From Vicinamibacterales bacterium (GTDB lineage: Bacteria > Acidobacteriota > Vicinamibacteria > Vicinamibacterales > UBA8438), in assembly GCA_965207665.1 (NCBI GenBank), contig CBDBMV010000002.1, forward strand, positions 89,704-153,703: a stretch of DNA of 64,000 nt. The letters are read 5' to 3'. Each line of letters begins with the position of its first letter. Positions within the stretch are counted from its first letter, which is position 1. The translations under genes and the position numbers were made by a program. Shown here in pieces: positions 17,095 to 25,250 of this stretch. The notes beneath the pieces were generated by a model. The model made no database searches. It was not told the DNA's origin and worked only from the letters and a program-made list of their open reading frames with translations.

Positions 17095-18729
17095 TCAGTC
17101 GCCGAGCGCGAAGGTGAAGATGGCCTGGCCGGCGGCGATGGTCACCTGCTGGCGGCCGTTCACCTGGTAGGTGATGGGCGCTGCAATCACGTTGCCGCCC
17201 AGGCGCCTGTGCCACAGGTCGTCGCCGGTCTCGGCGTCCAGCGCGATGAAGTTGCCGGTGACGGTCCCCGCAAAAGCCAGGCCTCCGGCGGTGGTCATCA
17301 CGCCCGACATCGACTTGGGCTGCACGCGGTGCTCCCAGACCACGCGGGCGGTCTGCGGGTCGATCGCGCGCACGGCGCTGACCCGGTCGTTGCGCGACGT
17401 CTGCGGCGTGTGGCTGCCGCCAATGAACAGTTGGCCCGGCACGTACTCGGATTCCGCCTGGTAGTACATCGCGCTGCCGTCGTACGCCATCGTGTAGAAC
17501 AGCCCGGTGTCGGGGCTGTAGGAGGGCGACCACCAGTTGGAGGCGCCGTTCACGTCGGGATACACCAGCCGGCCCTCGGGCGTCGGCTCCATGTTCGGCA
17601 CGCGGATGGGCCGCCCGCTGTCGTCGAGGCCCTGCGCCCAGGTCTGCACGGCAAATTCCCGCCCCTGCACGAAGCGGCCGGTCTCGCGGTCGAGCACGTA
17701 GAAGAAGCCGTTGCGGTTGGCAAACAGCATCAGCTTCTGCGTGCGCCCGCCGACCTCCATGTCGACGAGCACCGGCACCTGGCAGGCGTCCCAGTCGTGG
17801 ACGTCGTGCGGCGTGAACTGAAAGTGCCACTGGATCTCGCCGGTGTCAGCGTCGATGGCGATGACGCTGTCGGAGTAGAGATTGTCGCCCTCGCGCGCCT
17901 CGCCGTTCCAGTCGGGGCCGGGGTTGCCGACGCCCCAGTAGATGAGGTTGAGGTCCGGGTCGTACGAGCCGGTCATCCAGGTCGACGCGCCGCCGGTCTT
18001 CCAGGAATCGCCTTCCCACGTCTCGTTGCCGGGCTCGCCCGGACCGGGAATGGTGTAGGCCCGCCAGCGGCGCTCGCCCGTATCGGCGTCGTAGGCGTCC
18101 ACCCAGCCGCGAATGCCGTACTCTCCTCCGCCGGTGCCGGTGACGATCATGTCCTTCACCACCAGCGGCGCGGCCGTCATGCTGTAGCCGGCGAGGTGGT
18201 CGGCAATCTTGCGGTCCCACAGCTCGGTGCCGGTGGCGGCGTCGAGCGCGATCAGGTGCGCGTCCATGGTGGTCAGGTAGAGCCGCTCGCCGAGCATGCC
18301 GACGCCGCGGCTCTGCTTGCTGCAGCAGAGCGCCAGCGTGTCGGACAGGTCGTGCTGGTAGGTCCAGAACACGTTGCCGGTGGCCGCGTCGAGGGCGTAC
18401 ACCTCGTTCTCCGGCGTGGTGAGGTACATGATGCCGTCCTTCACCAGCGGCGTGGTCTGCACCTGGCCGAGGACGGGCAGTTGCCGCACCCAGGCGAGCT
18501 CCAGCCGGTCGACGTTGGAGCGGTCGATCTGCGCCAAGCGGCTGTGGCGTTGTGCGTGGTACTGGCCGTGATAGGTGATCCAGTTCGCGGGATCGTCGCC
18601 GGCGCGCACGATCTGCTCGTACGTCACCCCGCCGCCCTGGGCGCCGAGCGCGGCGACTGCGCAGAGCGCGGCCAGGAGTCCGAGGCAGAGCGTTCGCCGG
18701 AAGGTCTGAGTTCGCATCGAATTGGTCAT
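17095..18729 (-). CDS. PQQ-dependent alcohol dehydrogenase-like quinoprotein
   Basis: Start trimmed to the ATG at 18729 (MTNSMRTQTF, signal peptide). WITYHGQYHAQRHSRLAQI, vicinal CC (LALCCSKQSRGV) and repeated beta-propeller W motifs. ATGA overlap with the upstream cytochrome c gene. Confidence 0.8.
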   Translation of the reverse strand: MTNSMRTQTFRRTLCLGLLAALCAVAALGAQGGGVTYEQIVRAGDDPANWITYHGQYHAQRHSRLAQIDRSNVDRLELAWVRQLPVLGQVQTTPLVKDGIMYLTTPENEVYALDAATGNVFWTYQHDLSDTLALCCSKQSRGVGMLGERLYLTTMDAHLIALDAATGTELWDRKIADHLAGYSMTAAPLVVKDMIVTGTGGGEYGIRGWVDAYDADTGERRWRAYTIPGPGEPGNETWEGDSWKTGGASTWMTGSYDPDLNLIYWGVGNPGPDWNGEAREGDNLYSDSVIAIDADTGEIQWHFQFTPHDVHDWDACQVPVLVDMEVGGRTQKLMLFANRNGFFYVLDRETGRFVQGREFAVQTWAQGLDDSGRPIRVPNMEPTPEGRLVYPDVNGASNWWSPSYSPDTGLFYTMAYDGSAMYYQAESEYVPGQLFIGGSHTPQTSRNDRVSAVRAIDPQTARVVWEHRVQPKSMSGVMTTAGGLAFAGTVTGNFIALDAETGDDLWHRRLGGNVIAAPITYQVNGRQQVTIAAGQAIFTFALGD

Positions 18730-19547
18730 CTCTGTCGCAGGGAAGAGAGGTACGCCACGAGGTCGTCCAGCTCGGTGTCGTCGAGGCGCCCGGCGAAGCT
18801 GGGCATCAGCGAGACTTCCGGGCTCTCGATCTCCTCGAGGTCCGACTTCATGAACGAACGCAGGCGGCCGGCCATGTCGAGGAGCTGGACCGAATAGGAA
18901 TCCTCGTTGAGCAGCACGCCCACCGTCGGCGCGCCGTCGGCGCCGACCACGCGCACCTGGCGGAATTCCTCCTCGATGTCGCCGCCCGGATCGACGATGG
19001 ACGCCCGCAGGTGCACCGGCGAGCGGCTCCAGCCGATGGTGCTCAGCTCCGGCCCCAGCCGCCCGCCCTCGCCGCCGACGAAGTGGCAGCGCCCGCAGTC
19101 GTGGCGGACGTACAACTCCCGGCCGGCGTCGGGGTCGCCGGTCTCGGCCATCTCCGCCGGGGCGCGCAGCGAGCGGACGAAGGCGACGATCTGCCACATC
19201 TCCTGGTCCGACAGTCGGACCGACGGCATGCCGGTGTTCGGGATACCGCTCAGGATGTTCATGAAGATGGCGCGGTCGCTGTTGCCGTGGCGGTACACCT
19301 CGCGCGTCAGGTCCGGCCCGCGGTCGCCCTGGCCGTCGGCGCCGTGGCACACGGAGCAGCGCGACGCGAACAGCTCCCCGCCCACCCTGACATCCTCATC
19401 CGAGGTGTACGGATTCGCGTCGACCCCGCGCTGGGCGTCGATGGACGCCAGCGGGCGCTGCGCGGTGGCCGGCGGGGCCAGGACCAGCAGCGCCGCAACC
19501 AGCAACGCGAACACGGCGGCGGGACGCGTGAACATGCGCATCGGCAC
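18726..19547 (-). CDS. Dihaem c-type cytochrome
   Basis: Two CxxCH motifs (CSVCH, CGRCH) and a signal peptide. Confidence 0.85.
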   Translation of the reverse strand: MPMRMFTRPAAVFALLVAALLVLAPPATAQRPLASIDAQRGVDANPYTSDEDVRVGGELFASRCSVCHGADGQGDRGPDLTREVYRHGNSDRAIFMNILSGIPNTGMPSVRLSDQEMWQIVAFVRSLRAPAEMAETGDPDAGRELYVRHDCGRCHFVGGEGGRLGPELSTIGWSRSPVHLRASIVDPGGDIEEEFRQVRVVGADGAPTVGVLLNEDSYSVQLLDMAGRLRSFMKSDLEEIESPEVSLMPSFAGRLDDTELDDLVAYLSSLRQR

Positions 19548-19579
19548 AGCGAAGCTTACCTTACGAGCATAATATCGGC

Positions 19580-21565
19580 ATGCTCAGACCGGGTTCCCAA
19601 CTAAGCCGTCTTCCAGGCGCGCCAGTCACCATGATCGCCGTCCCGCTCTTGACCGTCTTCCTCAGCTTCAGCGGCACCGCGCCCGCCGCTGCGCAGCCGT
19701 CAGGCCACGACGGCGAATGGCGCAGCTACGGCGGCGGGACCGGCGGGGCGAAGTACTCCCCGCTCGACCAGATCGACGCGGACAACGTGGACGACCTGCG
19801 CATCGCCTGGCGCTGGCGCTCGGTCGACTACGACCTGGTCGACGAGAACCCGGACCTGCGTTTCAACCACACCCTGCTCGGCACGCCGCTGTTGGTCGGC
19901 GACCGGTTGTACATGAGCACCAACCTGGGCCAGTCGGCGGCCATCGATCCGGCCACCGGCGAGACGCTCTGGGTGTACCGCGCGCTGGACGACGGCGCCG
20001 GCCGGCCGCGCGGCGGCTCCACCCGCGGCGTCGCGTATTGGCACGACCCGGGCCTGGACGACGAGCGGATCTTCGTCGTCAGCGGCGAGCACCTCGTGGC
20101 GCTCGACGCGAAGACCGGCAACCCGATCGGCGAGTTCGGCGAAGGCGGCAAGGCCGACCTGCGGGCGGGCATCCCGCGGCTGGAGGAGTACCAGTGGAAC
20201 GCCCCGCCGCTGGTCTGCCGCGACACCGTCATCGTCGGCATCTACGTCAACGACGTGCCGATGAACAAGGAGCAGGCGCCCGGCTACATCCAGGGCTTCG
20301 ATGCGGTGACCGGCCGGCTGAAGTGGCAGTTCAACCCGGTGCCGCAGCCGGGCGAGCCGGGCAACGAGACGTGGGAGGACGGCTCTTGGGAGTACACCGG
20401 ATCGGCGACGGTCTGGTCGGTGATGACCGCCGACGAGGAGCTGGGCTACGCCTATCTCCCCACCGGCACGCCGACCCACAACTGGTACGGCGGCCACCGG
20501 CCCGGCGACAACCTGTTCGCCGAGAGCCTGCTCTGCCTCGACTGCGACACGGGGCGGCTGGTCTGGTACTTCCAGATGATCCACCACGGCGTGTGGGACT
20601 ACGACATCGCCTCGCCGCCGATCCTGGCCGACATCACCGTCGACGGCCGGCCGATCAAGGCAGTGGCGCAGGTGAGCAAGCAGGCGTTCACCTACGTCTT
20701 CGACCGCGTCACCGGCGAGCCGGTCTGGCCGATCGAGGAGCGCCCCGTGCCGCCGTCGGACGTGCCGGGCGAGCAGCTCTCGCCGACGCAGCCCTTCCCG
20801 ACGAAGCCCGCGCCGTTCGACCGGCAGGGCATCACCGAGGACGACCTGATCGACTTCACCCCGGAGCTGCGCGCCGAGGCGCTGGAGATCTTCAGGCAGT
20901 ACCGCTCCGGGCCGATGTTCACGCCCCCGTCCGTGCGCGACGAGTCGCCGGGCGGCACGCTGGGCACGCTGCAGCTTCCGAGCTACGTGGGTGGCTCGAA
21001 TTGGAACGGCGCGGCGTACGACCCCGACACGCAGATGCTCTACGTGCCGTCCATCACCGCTCCAATCCTGGTGTGGCTGCGGCAGCCCGACCCCACGGTG
21101 TCGAACTTCCGCTACATCCGCGGCAACCGCAACGTGTACATCGACGGCCCGCGCGGCCTGCCGCTGGTCAAGCCGCCGTGGGGCCGCATCACCGCCATCG
21201 ACCTCAACACCGGCGAGCACGTCTGGATGACGCCGAACGGCCCCGGACCGCGGGACCACATCGCGCTGCAGGACCTGGCGCTGCCGTGGCTGGGGGCGCC
21301 CGGTCGCGCGGCGCCGCTGCTGACGAAGACGCTGCTGTTCCTGGGAGACGGATCGCCGTCGCTGGTAGTCATTCCGCCGCACGGCGGGGGCAAGATGTTC
21401 CGCGCCTACGACAAGGCGACCGGCGACGTGCTGTGGCAGACCGAGCTGCCGGCCGGCACGTCAGGCGCACCCATGACGTACCTGCACGAGGGGAAGCAGT
21501 ACATCGCGGTGGCCATCAGCGACAACGAGCACGAGGGCGAGGTGATCACCCTCGCGCTGCCTTGA
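19580..21565 (+). CDS. PQQ-dependent dehydrogenase (beta-propeller quinoprotein)
   Basis: WRSYGGGTGGAKYSPLDQIDADNVDDLRIAWRW and propeller repeats. The true start may be the ATG at 19631 (MIAVPLL), which would leave a more plausible divergent intergenic region. Confidence 0.8.
   Translation: MLRPGSQLSRLPGAPVTMIAVPLLTVFLSFSGTAPAAAQPSGHDGEWRSYGGGTGGAKYSPLDQIDADNVDDLRIAWRWRSVDYDLVDENPDLRFNHTLLGTPLLVGDRLYMSTNLGQSAAIDPATGETLWVYRALDDGAGRPRGGSTRGVAYWHDPGLDDERIFVVSGEHLVALDAKTGNPIGEFGEGGKADLRAGIPRLEEYQWNAPPLVCRDTVIVGIYVNDVPMNKEQAPGYIQGFDAVTGRLKWQFNPVPQPGEPGNETWEDGSWEYTGSATVWSVMTADEELGYAYLPTGTPTHNWYGGHRPGDNLFAESLLCLDCDTGRLVWYFQMIHHGVWDYDIASPPILADITVDGRPIKAVAQVSKQAFTYVFDRVTGEPVWPIEERPVPPSDVPGEQLSPTQPFPTKPAPFDRQGITEDDLIDFTPELRAEALEIFRQYRSGPMFTPPSVRDESPGGTLGTLQLPSYVGGSNWNGAAYDPDTQMLYVPSITAPILVWLRQPDPTVSNFRYIRGNRNVYIDGPRGLPLVKPPWGRITAIDLNTGEHVWMTPNGPGPRDHIALQDLALPWLGAPGRAAPLLTKTLLFLGDGSPSLVVIPPHGGGKMFRAYDKATGDVLWQTELPAGTSGAPMTYLHEGKQYIAVAISDNEHEGEVITLALP
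21504..21561 (+). repeat. 58-bp direct repeat, copy A (3' end of the PQQ dehydrogenase CDS)
   Basis: Matches 23168..23225 with 2 mismatches, counted by eye. Confidence 0.8.
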
Positions 21566-21693
21566 CCCTGGTCCGCACCGCGCGCGCTTCCGACCCGCCG
21601 ATGCCCCGCGGCGGCGAGACGTTTGTGATGAACCCGCAGAAGGTAGAGTGCCGTGTGAGACACGTGGTGCGGGAACCTTGCTGTTGATACACG

Positions 21694-23115
21694 ATGGGAA
21701 TCGATACAAAGCGGATCCGGGTCAACAAGGAGCGCGTGCTGAAGTCTGCTGCCGATATCGGCCGCGGGGTGGCGGAGTCCGTCTCAAGCGGGTCGAAGAA
21801 GGCGCTGGACGCTACGGCAAGCGGATCGAAACGGGCGATGGCATCGGCGGCTAGCGGATCCCGCAAGGCTCTGGATTCCACGACAGCCACATCGCGGAAG
21901 GCGCTGAAGTCTGCTGCCGATATCAGCCGTGAGGTGGCGGAGTCCGTCTCAAGCGGGTCGAAGAAGGCGCTGGATGCTGCGGCGGGCAGCTCGAAACGGG
22001 CGGTGGCATCGGCGGCTAGCGGATCCCGCAAGGCTCTGGATTCCACGACAGCCACATCGCGAAAGGCGATGAAGTCTGCTGCCGATTCCGGCCGCAAGGT
22101 CGCGGGGTCGGTCTCAAGCGGGTCCAAGAAGGCACTGGACGCTACGGCAAGCGGTTCAAAACGAGCGATCGCATCGGCGGCTAGCGGGTCCCGAAAGGCT
22201 CTGGAATCAACGACGGCCGTATCGCGAGAGGCATGGAATTCGGCGTCGGTGTCGGCGGCTCGCCTGATTGGTGTGACCCAGGCCGCCTTAGCGAGCAGGT
22301 TGTCAGTCGACCTAAATTCCATGCTCGCCGGCATCGCTGAAGGTCCGGCGACAATCTACGACAAGGCCATGGACGCGGGGTATCTTGAAACCAGCATCGG
22401 TGGCGCGTATCACCGTCTGTTCGACGGGGGGCACACGATCGCGGGAGCGGCGAAGGCGGTCCAGGGTGCCTCAACCCAGGACAGCCTCATCCATGAGGGC
22501 CTCGGCTTTGTCCAGGGGATGTTCCGGGACATGACGACGGCCAAAGGTCTGCCATTGGCGAATTGGGACAAGGCGACGTATGAACACGCCGCGAGCTTCC
22601 TGGAATCGCAGTTTCAAATCAGTCGCGAGTGGTTCTACAACCTGAACACCTACAACGCAGCTGATTTGGTGGGCGGTACGATCGGCATACTCGCGGTGGT
22701 GTTCTTGTGGAATCGGGCCGACACGGAGAGCTTCAGCAGGATGGTGGGCAGCATGGGCGTGGCGGCCGGTCTCAGCGCGAATCCGCTGCTACTGGTCATC
22801 ACGGTAGTCGCCTTGGCGAGAGCCTTTCAGAGGGCCAGAACGGAGGGCAAATGGGGCGACTTCGTCGATGGATCGATACGCGGATCTGTGGTCGCAGCGC
22901 TCACGATCTTCGCAGTCGCACAGGTCACGACGCTTGGCGGCCCCGTGGGTCTGTCCTTCTTGGTAGGCCTCGTGGTCGGCATCCTCGCCAGCAAGGCCGT
23001 GTCTCACGTCAGCGTTGCCGAGATCAGCCGAGTCCTGGCTGAACGGGCCAAGGCAGCCGCAGTTGAGTTCAGGAGCCTCCGGGGCCTGACAATTCCAGCG
23101 CTACCAGCGCGATAG
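21694..23115 (+). CDS. Hypothetical protein: N-terminal 11-residue repeats plus C-terminal multi-TM region
   Basis: 473-aa ORF. Three 55-aa (165-bp) tandem repeats, each made of five 11-mers (SGSKKALDATA type). The C-terminal third has hydrophobic helices. Confidence 0.7.
   Translation: MGIDTKRIRVNKERVLKSAADIGRGVAESVSSGSKKALDATASGSKRAMASAASGSRKALDSTTATSRKALKSAADISREVAESVSSGSKKALDAAAGSSKRAVASAASGSRKALDSTTATSRKAMKSAADSGRKVAGSVSSGSKKALDATASGSKRAIASAASGSRKALESTTAVSREAWNSASVSAARLIGVTQAALASRLSVDLNSMLAGIAEGPATIYDKAMDAGYLETSIGGAYHRLFDGGHTIAGAAKAVQGASTQDSLIHEGLGFVQGMFRDMTTAKGLPLANWDKATYEHAASFLESQFQISREWFYNLNTYNAADLVGGTIGILAVVFLWNRADTESFSRMVGSMGVAAGLSANPLLLVITVVALARAFQRARTEGKWGDFVDGSIRGSVVAALTIFAVAQVTTLGGPVGLSFLVGLVVGILASKAVSHVSVAEISRVLAERAKAAAVEFRSLRGLTIPALPAR
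21739..22233 (+). repeat. 3 x 165-bp in-frame tandem repeat within the CDS
   Basis: Near-identical nucleotide units starting gaagtctgctgccgat... Confidence 0.85.
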
Positions 23116-23167
23116 CGGTGCTCCTGTCCGGACTCAGCAACGAGCGGCCTCTCCCATTGCAACGCCG

Positions 23168-23225
23168 TCGCGGTGGCGATCAGCGACAACGAGCACGAGG
23201 GCGAGGTGATCGCCCTCGCGCTGCC
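23168..23225 (+). repeat. 58-bp direct repeat, copy B (orphan copy of the PQQ dehydrogenase 3' end)
   Basis: Encodes AVAISDNEHEGEVIALALP followed by a stop, with no upstream PQQ-like reading frame. Confidence 0.8.
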
Positions 23226-23286
23226 GTAACAATGACCGTTCCGCCAAGACCGTTACCTGGCGGGGCCGTGGCCGACGCAGCGCCAG

Positions 23287-23541
23287 TCAGCGGTAGGCGT
23301 CACGGCGGCGAACGACGCGAGCGATTTCAACAACCCTGTCGTCGAAATGGTAGGAGTAGAGAACGCGCCAAGCACCTACGCGGAGGCGCCATCCCTTGCC
23401 AGGGCCCCGCAGGCGCTTGACGTCTCCAGCGCCAGTCTCTGCGTGTCGTTCGATTGCGTCAACGATGCGGGTGCGTGCCTGTCGATCCAGTTGCTTCAGG
23501 TCTTGAAGCGCTCGGGTCGATAGCGAAACCGTCCAACTCAA
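23287..23541 (-). CDS. RelE/ParE-family type II toxin
   Basis: 84 aa: DLKQLDRQARTRIVDAI ... VKRLRG ... WRLRVGAWRVLY ... VVRRRDAY. Confidence 0.8.
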   Translation of the reverse strand: MSWTVSLSTRALQDLKQLDRQARTRIVDAIERHAETGAGDVKRLRGPGKGWRLRVGAWRVLYSYHFDDRVVEIARVVRRRDAYR

Positions 23542-23801
23542 AGGTCAAGTTCCCGCTTGACCTCGTCAAGAGTGTGGGTTCGGCCGGCCGCGAAATCCTC
23601 GCGTCCCTCGTCCAGAAGACGGCGGCCTCGCTCGCTCAGTTCCTCGTCCTCTTCCTGCGCGGCTATCGCAACTCTCACCAGAGGGTCGCCATGCGCGGCC
23701 AGGTATTCAAGAAAACGCTCCGCAGCGTGGATCTCGGCTTCCGGCAGGCGATCCACGAGACGATACAGACGAGTTCTCAAATCAGCTTCCATGACTGCCA
23801 T
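23538..23801 (-). CDS. Putative cognate antitoxin
   Basis: 87-aa acidic protein directly upstream of the toxin, with a 4-nt overlap. Confidence 0.6.
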   Translation of the reverse strand: MAVMEADLRTRLYRLVDRLPEAEIHAAERFLEYLAAHGDPLVRVAIAAQEEDEELSERGRRLLDEGREDFAAGRTHTLDEVKRELDL

Positions 23802-23825
23802 GGTATCTGTCCACTCCTCCGCACT

Positions 23826-24257
23826 TTACGGCTCGGGACTGATCGGGCCTTCCGCCGGGCGCTCGGTCGTGCCCAGCTCGTAGCCCCTGTCCTTCCAGTC
23901 GTTCAGTGCGCAGAATTCGCCGGCGTTGTAACCGTTCGATCTGAAGAGCTCCGCAGCACGGGAGCCCCGGCCTCCGCCGTTTCAAAAGAAGACGAGGCGG
24001 ACGTCCTTGGGAATGTCGGACATCCGGTCCTCGAGCTCCCCTACCGGGATGTGGATGGCGCCGGGAATCGAGCCGCTGGCCACCTCGTGGTCCTCGCGCA
24101 CGTCGATCATCAGCACCTCGGCGCCGGCGTCAAGCTGCTGCTTCAGCTCGTCGATTTCCATGCGCTCGGTCTGCGCCGCCGCGGGCAGCGCCACGGCCAG
24201 CAGGCCTGCCGCGCCCAGCAACGCGAACAGCCGGAATCGTAATGGATGAAGCATCAT
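23826..24257 (-). CDS. Periplasmic single-domain rhodanese with in-frame TGA (codon 92) at the catalytic Cys position; candidate selenoprotein
   Basis: AGGAGG 7 nt upstream of ATGATG, then a signal peptide. IDVREDHEVASGSIPGAIHIP ... KDVRLVFF-TGA-NGGGRGSRAAELFRSNGY ... LNDWKDRGYEL. The same frame continues 51 more codons to the TAA at 23826. Confidence 0.6.
23946..23967 (-). promoter_or_regulatory. Candidate bacterial SECIS hairpin
   Basis: Begins 15 nt after the UGA. Stem GGGCUCC/GGAGCUC (7 bp including one G-U), 8-nt loop CGUGCUGC containing GU. Confidence 0.4.
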
Positions 24258-24267
24258 CGCGGGCCTC

Positions 24268-25227
24268 CTAGCGACTGCCGGTTTCCGCCGCCTCCAGCGC
24301 ACGCGCGCCGAGCAGGATGTTCTCCAATCCGTAGTTGCCCTCGTGGCAGGCATACTCGTATATCCCGCCTTCGAGGGTTGTCATCGGGATCGACGCCGTC
24401 CACGGCCGCGTGTATTCCTTGGGATCGGTCAGCGTGTACTGGTAGTCGATCGAGTTCTCGCCGGTCCGCGTGAAGCGCTCCACCAGACTCGTGGTCTCGG
24501 TGCCGCCGAAGACCGTACGGGCGCGTCCGTTCACGGGGCTGAAGTTGGTGGTCTCGACCACCAGCGTATCCCCCTCCCAGCGGCCGCGCGAGTCGCCCAT
24601 CCACTGCCCGATGCGGGGGTCGGGGTGCGGGCGCCCGTCCAGGGGAATGATGCGCGAGTCGTGGATCATCTCCACGTAGATCACCACGTATCCCGGCGTC
24701 TGGAAGATCTGGTAGTTGTGGTTGTAGAAGCCGGGCATCATGGCGCCGGGCATCCCGCGGGAGATGCAGCGCTCGTACTCGTTGCGGTCTTCCGGGCCGG
24801 CCGCTTCCCGGTCGCGGTACGACTCGCGGGTGGGCCGGTAGGCCGCCTCCGCGGCCGTCAGCGGCAGCTTGCCGTCCGGCGGGTCGACGATGAGCGACGT
24901 GCGCGCCATGTTCACGCCGCGCTCGACCCAGAAGTTGTTGTAGGAGCCGGTCTCGCCCGTGCCCGCCTCGATGCCACGCGCCTCGCGGGCGACGTCGGCC
25001 GCCGCGTCCCGGGATGCGCGCTCCTCGTCGGTAAGCAGCTCCCCGGCCTCCACGCTGTCCGGACGCTCCAGCGGGGTCTGCGTGGTGTTCGTCCAGAATC
25101 CCTGCAGGTCGGGGTCGCCCCACGGGGTGCGGGGCGCCGACCAGCTACCCGCCTGAGCGGCTGCAGCAACCGGCGCGAGCGCCACGACCGTCGCCGCGCA
25201 CAACGCTACGAGAATTCGGCAGGTCAT
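24268..25227 (-). CDS. Secreted protein, uncharacterised paralog family (copy P3)
   Basis: Start trimmed to MTCRILVALCAATVVALAPVAAAAQA. All family blocks present. Its stop codon overlaps the SD of the rhodanese gene. Confidence 0.85.
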   Translation of the reverse strand: MTCRILVALCAATVVALAPVAAAAQAGSWSAPRTPWGDPDLQGFWTNTTQTPLERPDSVEAGELLTDEERASRDAAADVAREARGIEAGTGETGSYNNFWVERGVNMARTSLIVDPPDGKLPLTAAEAAYRPTRESYRDREAAGPEDRNEYERCISRGMPGAMMPGFYNHNYQIFQTPGYVVIYVEMIHDSRIIPLDGRPHPDPRIGQWMGDSRGRWEGDTLVVETTNFSPVNGRARTVFGGTETTSLVERFTRTGENSIDYQYTLTDPKEYTRPWTASIPMTTLEGGIYEYACHEGNYGLENILLGARALEAAETGSR

Positions 25228-25250
25228 CTTTCCCTCCTCAACAGCCGGTA

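Noticed and set aside
16351-18897. 848-aa plus-strand ORF covering the tadA-proximal hypothetical gene, the PQQ dehydrogenase and part of the cytochrome c gene
   Set aside because: It is antisense to motif-rich CDSs. Its product is Arg/Gly/Ala/His/Pro-rich low complexity with no recognisable motif, a typical high-GC shadow ORF.
21739-22233. 165-bp tandem repeats as a possible CRISPR or non-coding satellite
   Set aside because: The repeats are contiguous with no unique spacers. They lie in frame inside a long ORF and translate into a regular 11-mer protein repeat.
23982-24353. Rhodanese ORF as annotated in the track: 123 aa, ending at TGA and starting at 24353
   Set aside because: The upstream 32 codons lack an SD and precede a strong AGGAGG-ATGATG at 24257. 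Simple truncation at the TGA is less likely than Sec recoding, because the stop sits exactly at the catalytic Cys and the frame continues through the rest of the fold. The pseudogene alternative is kept as the refutation case.
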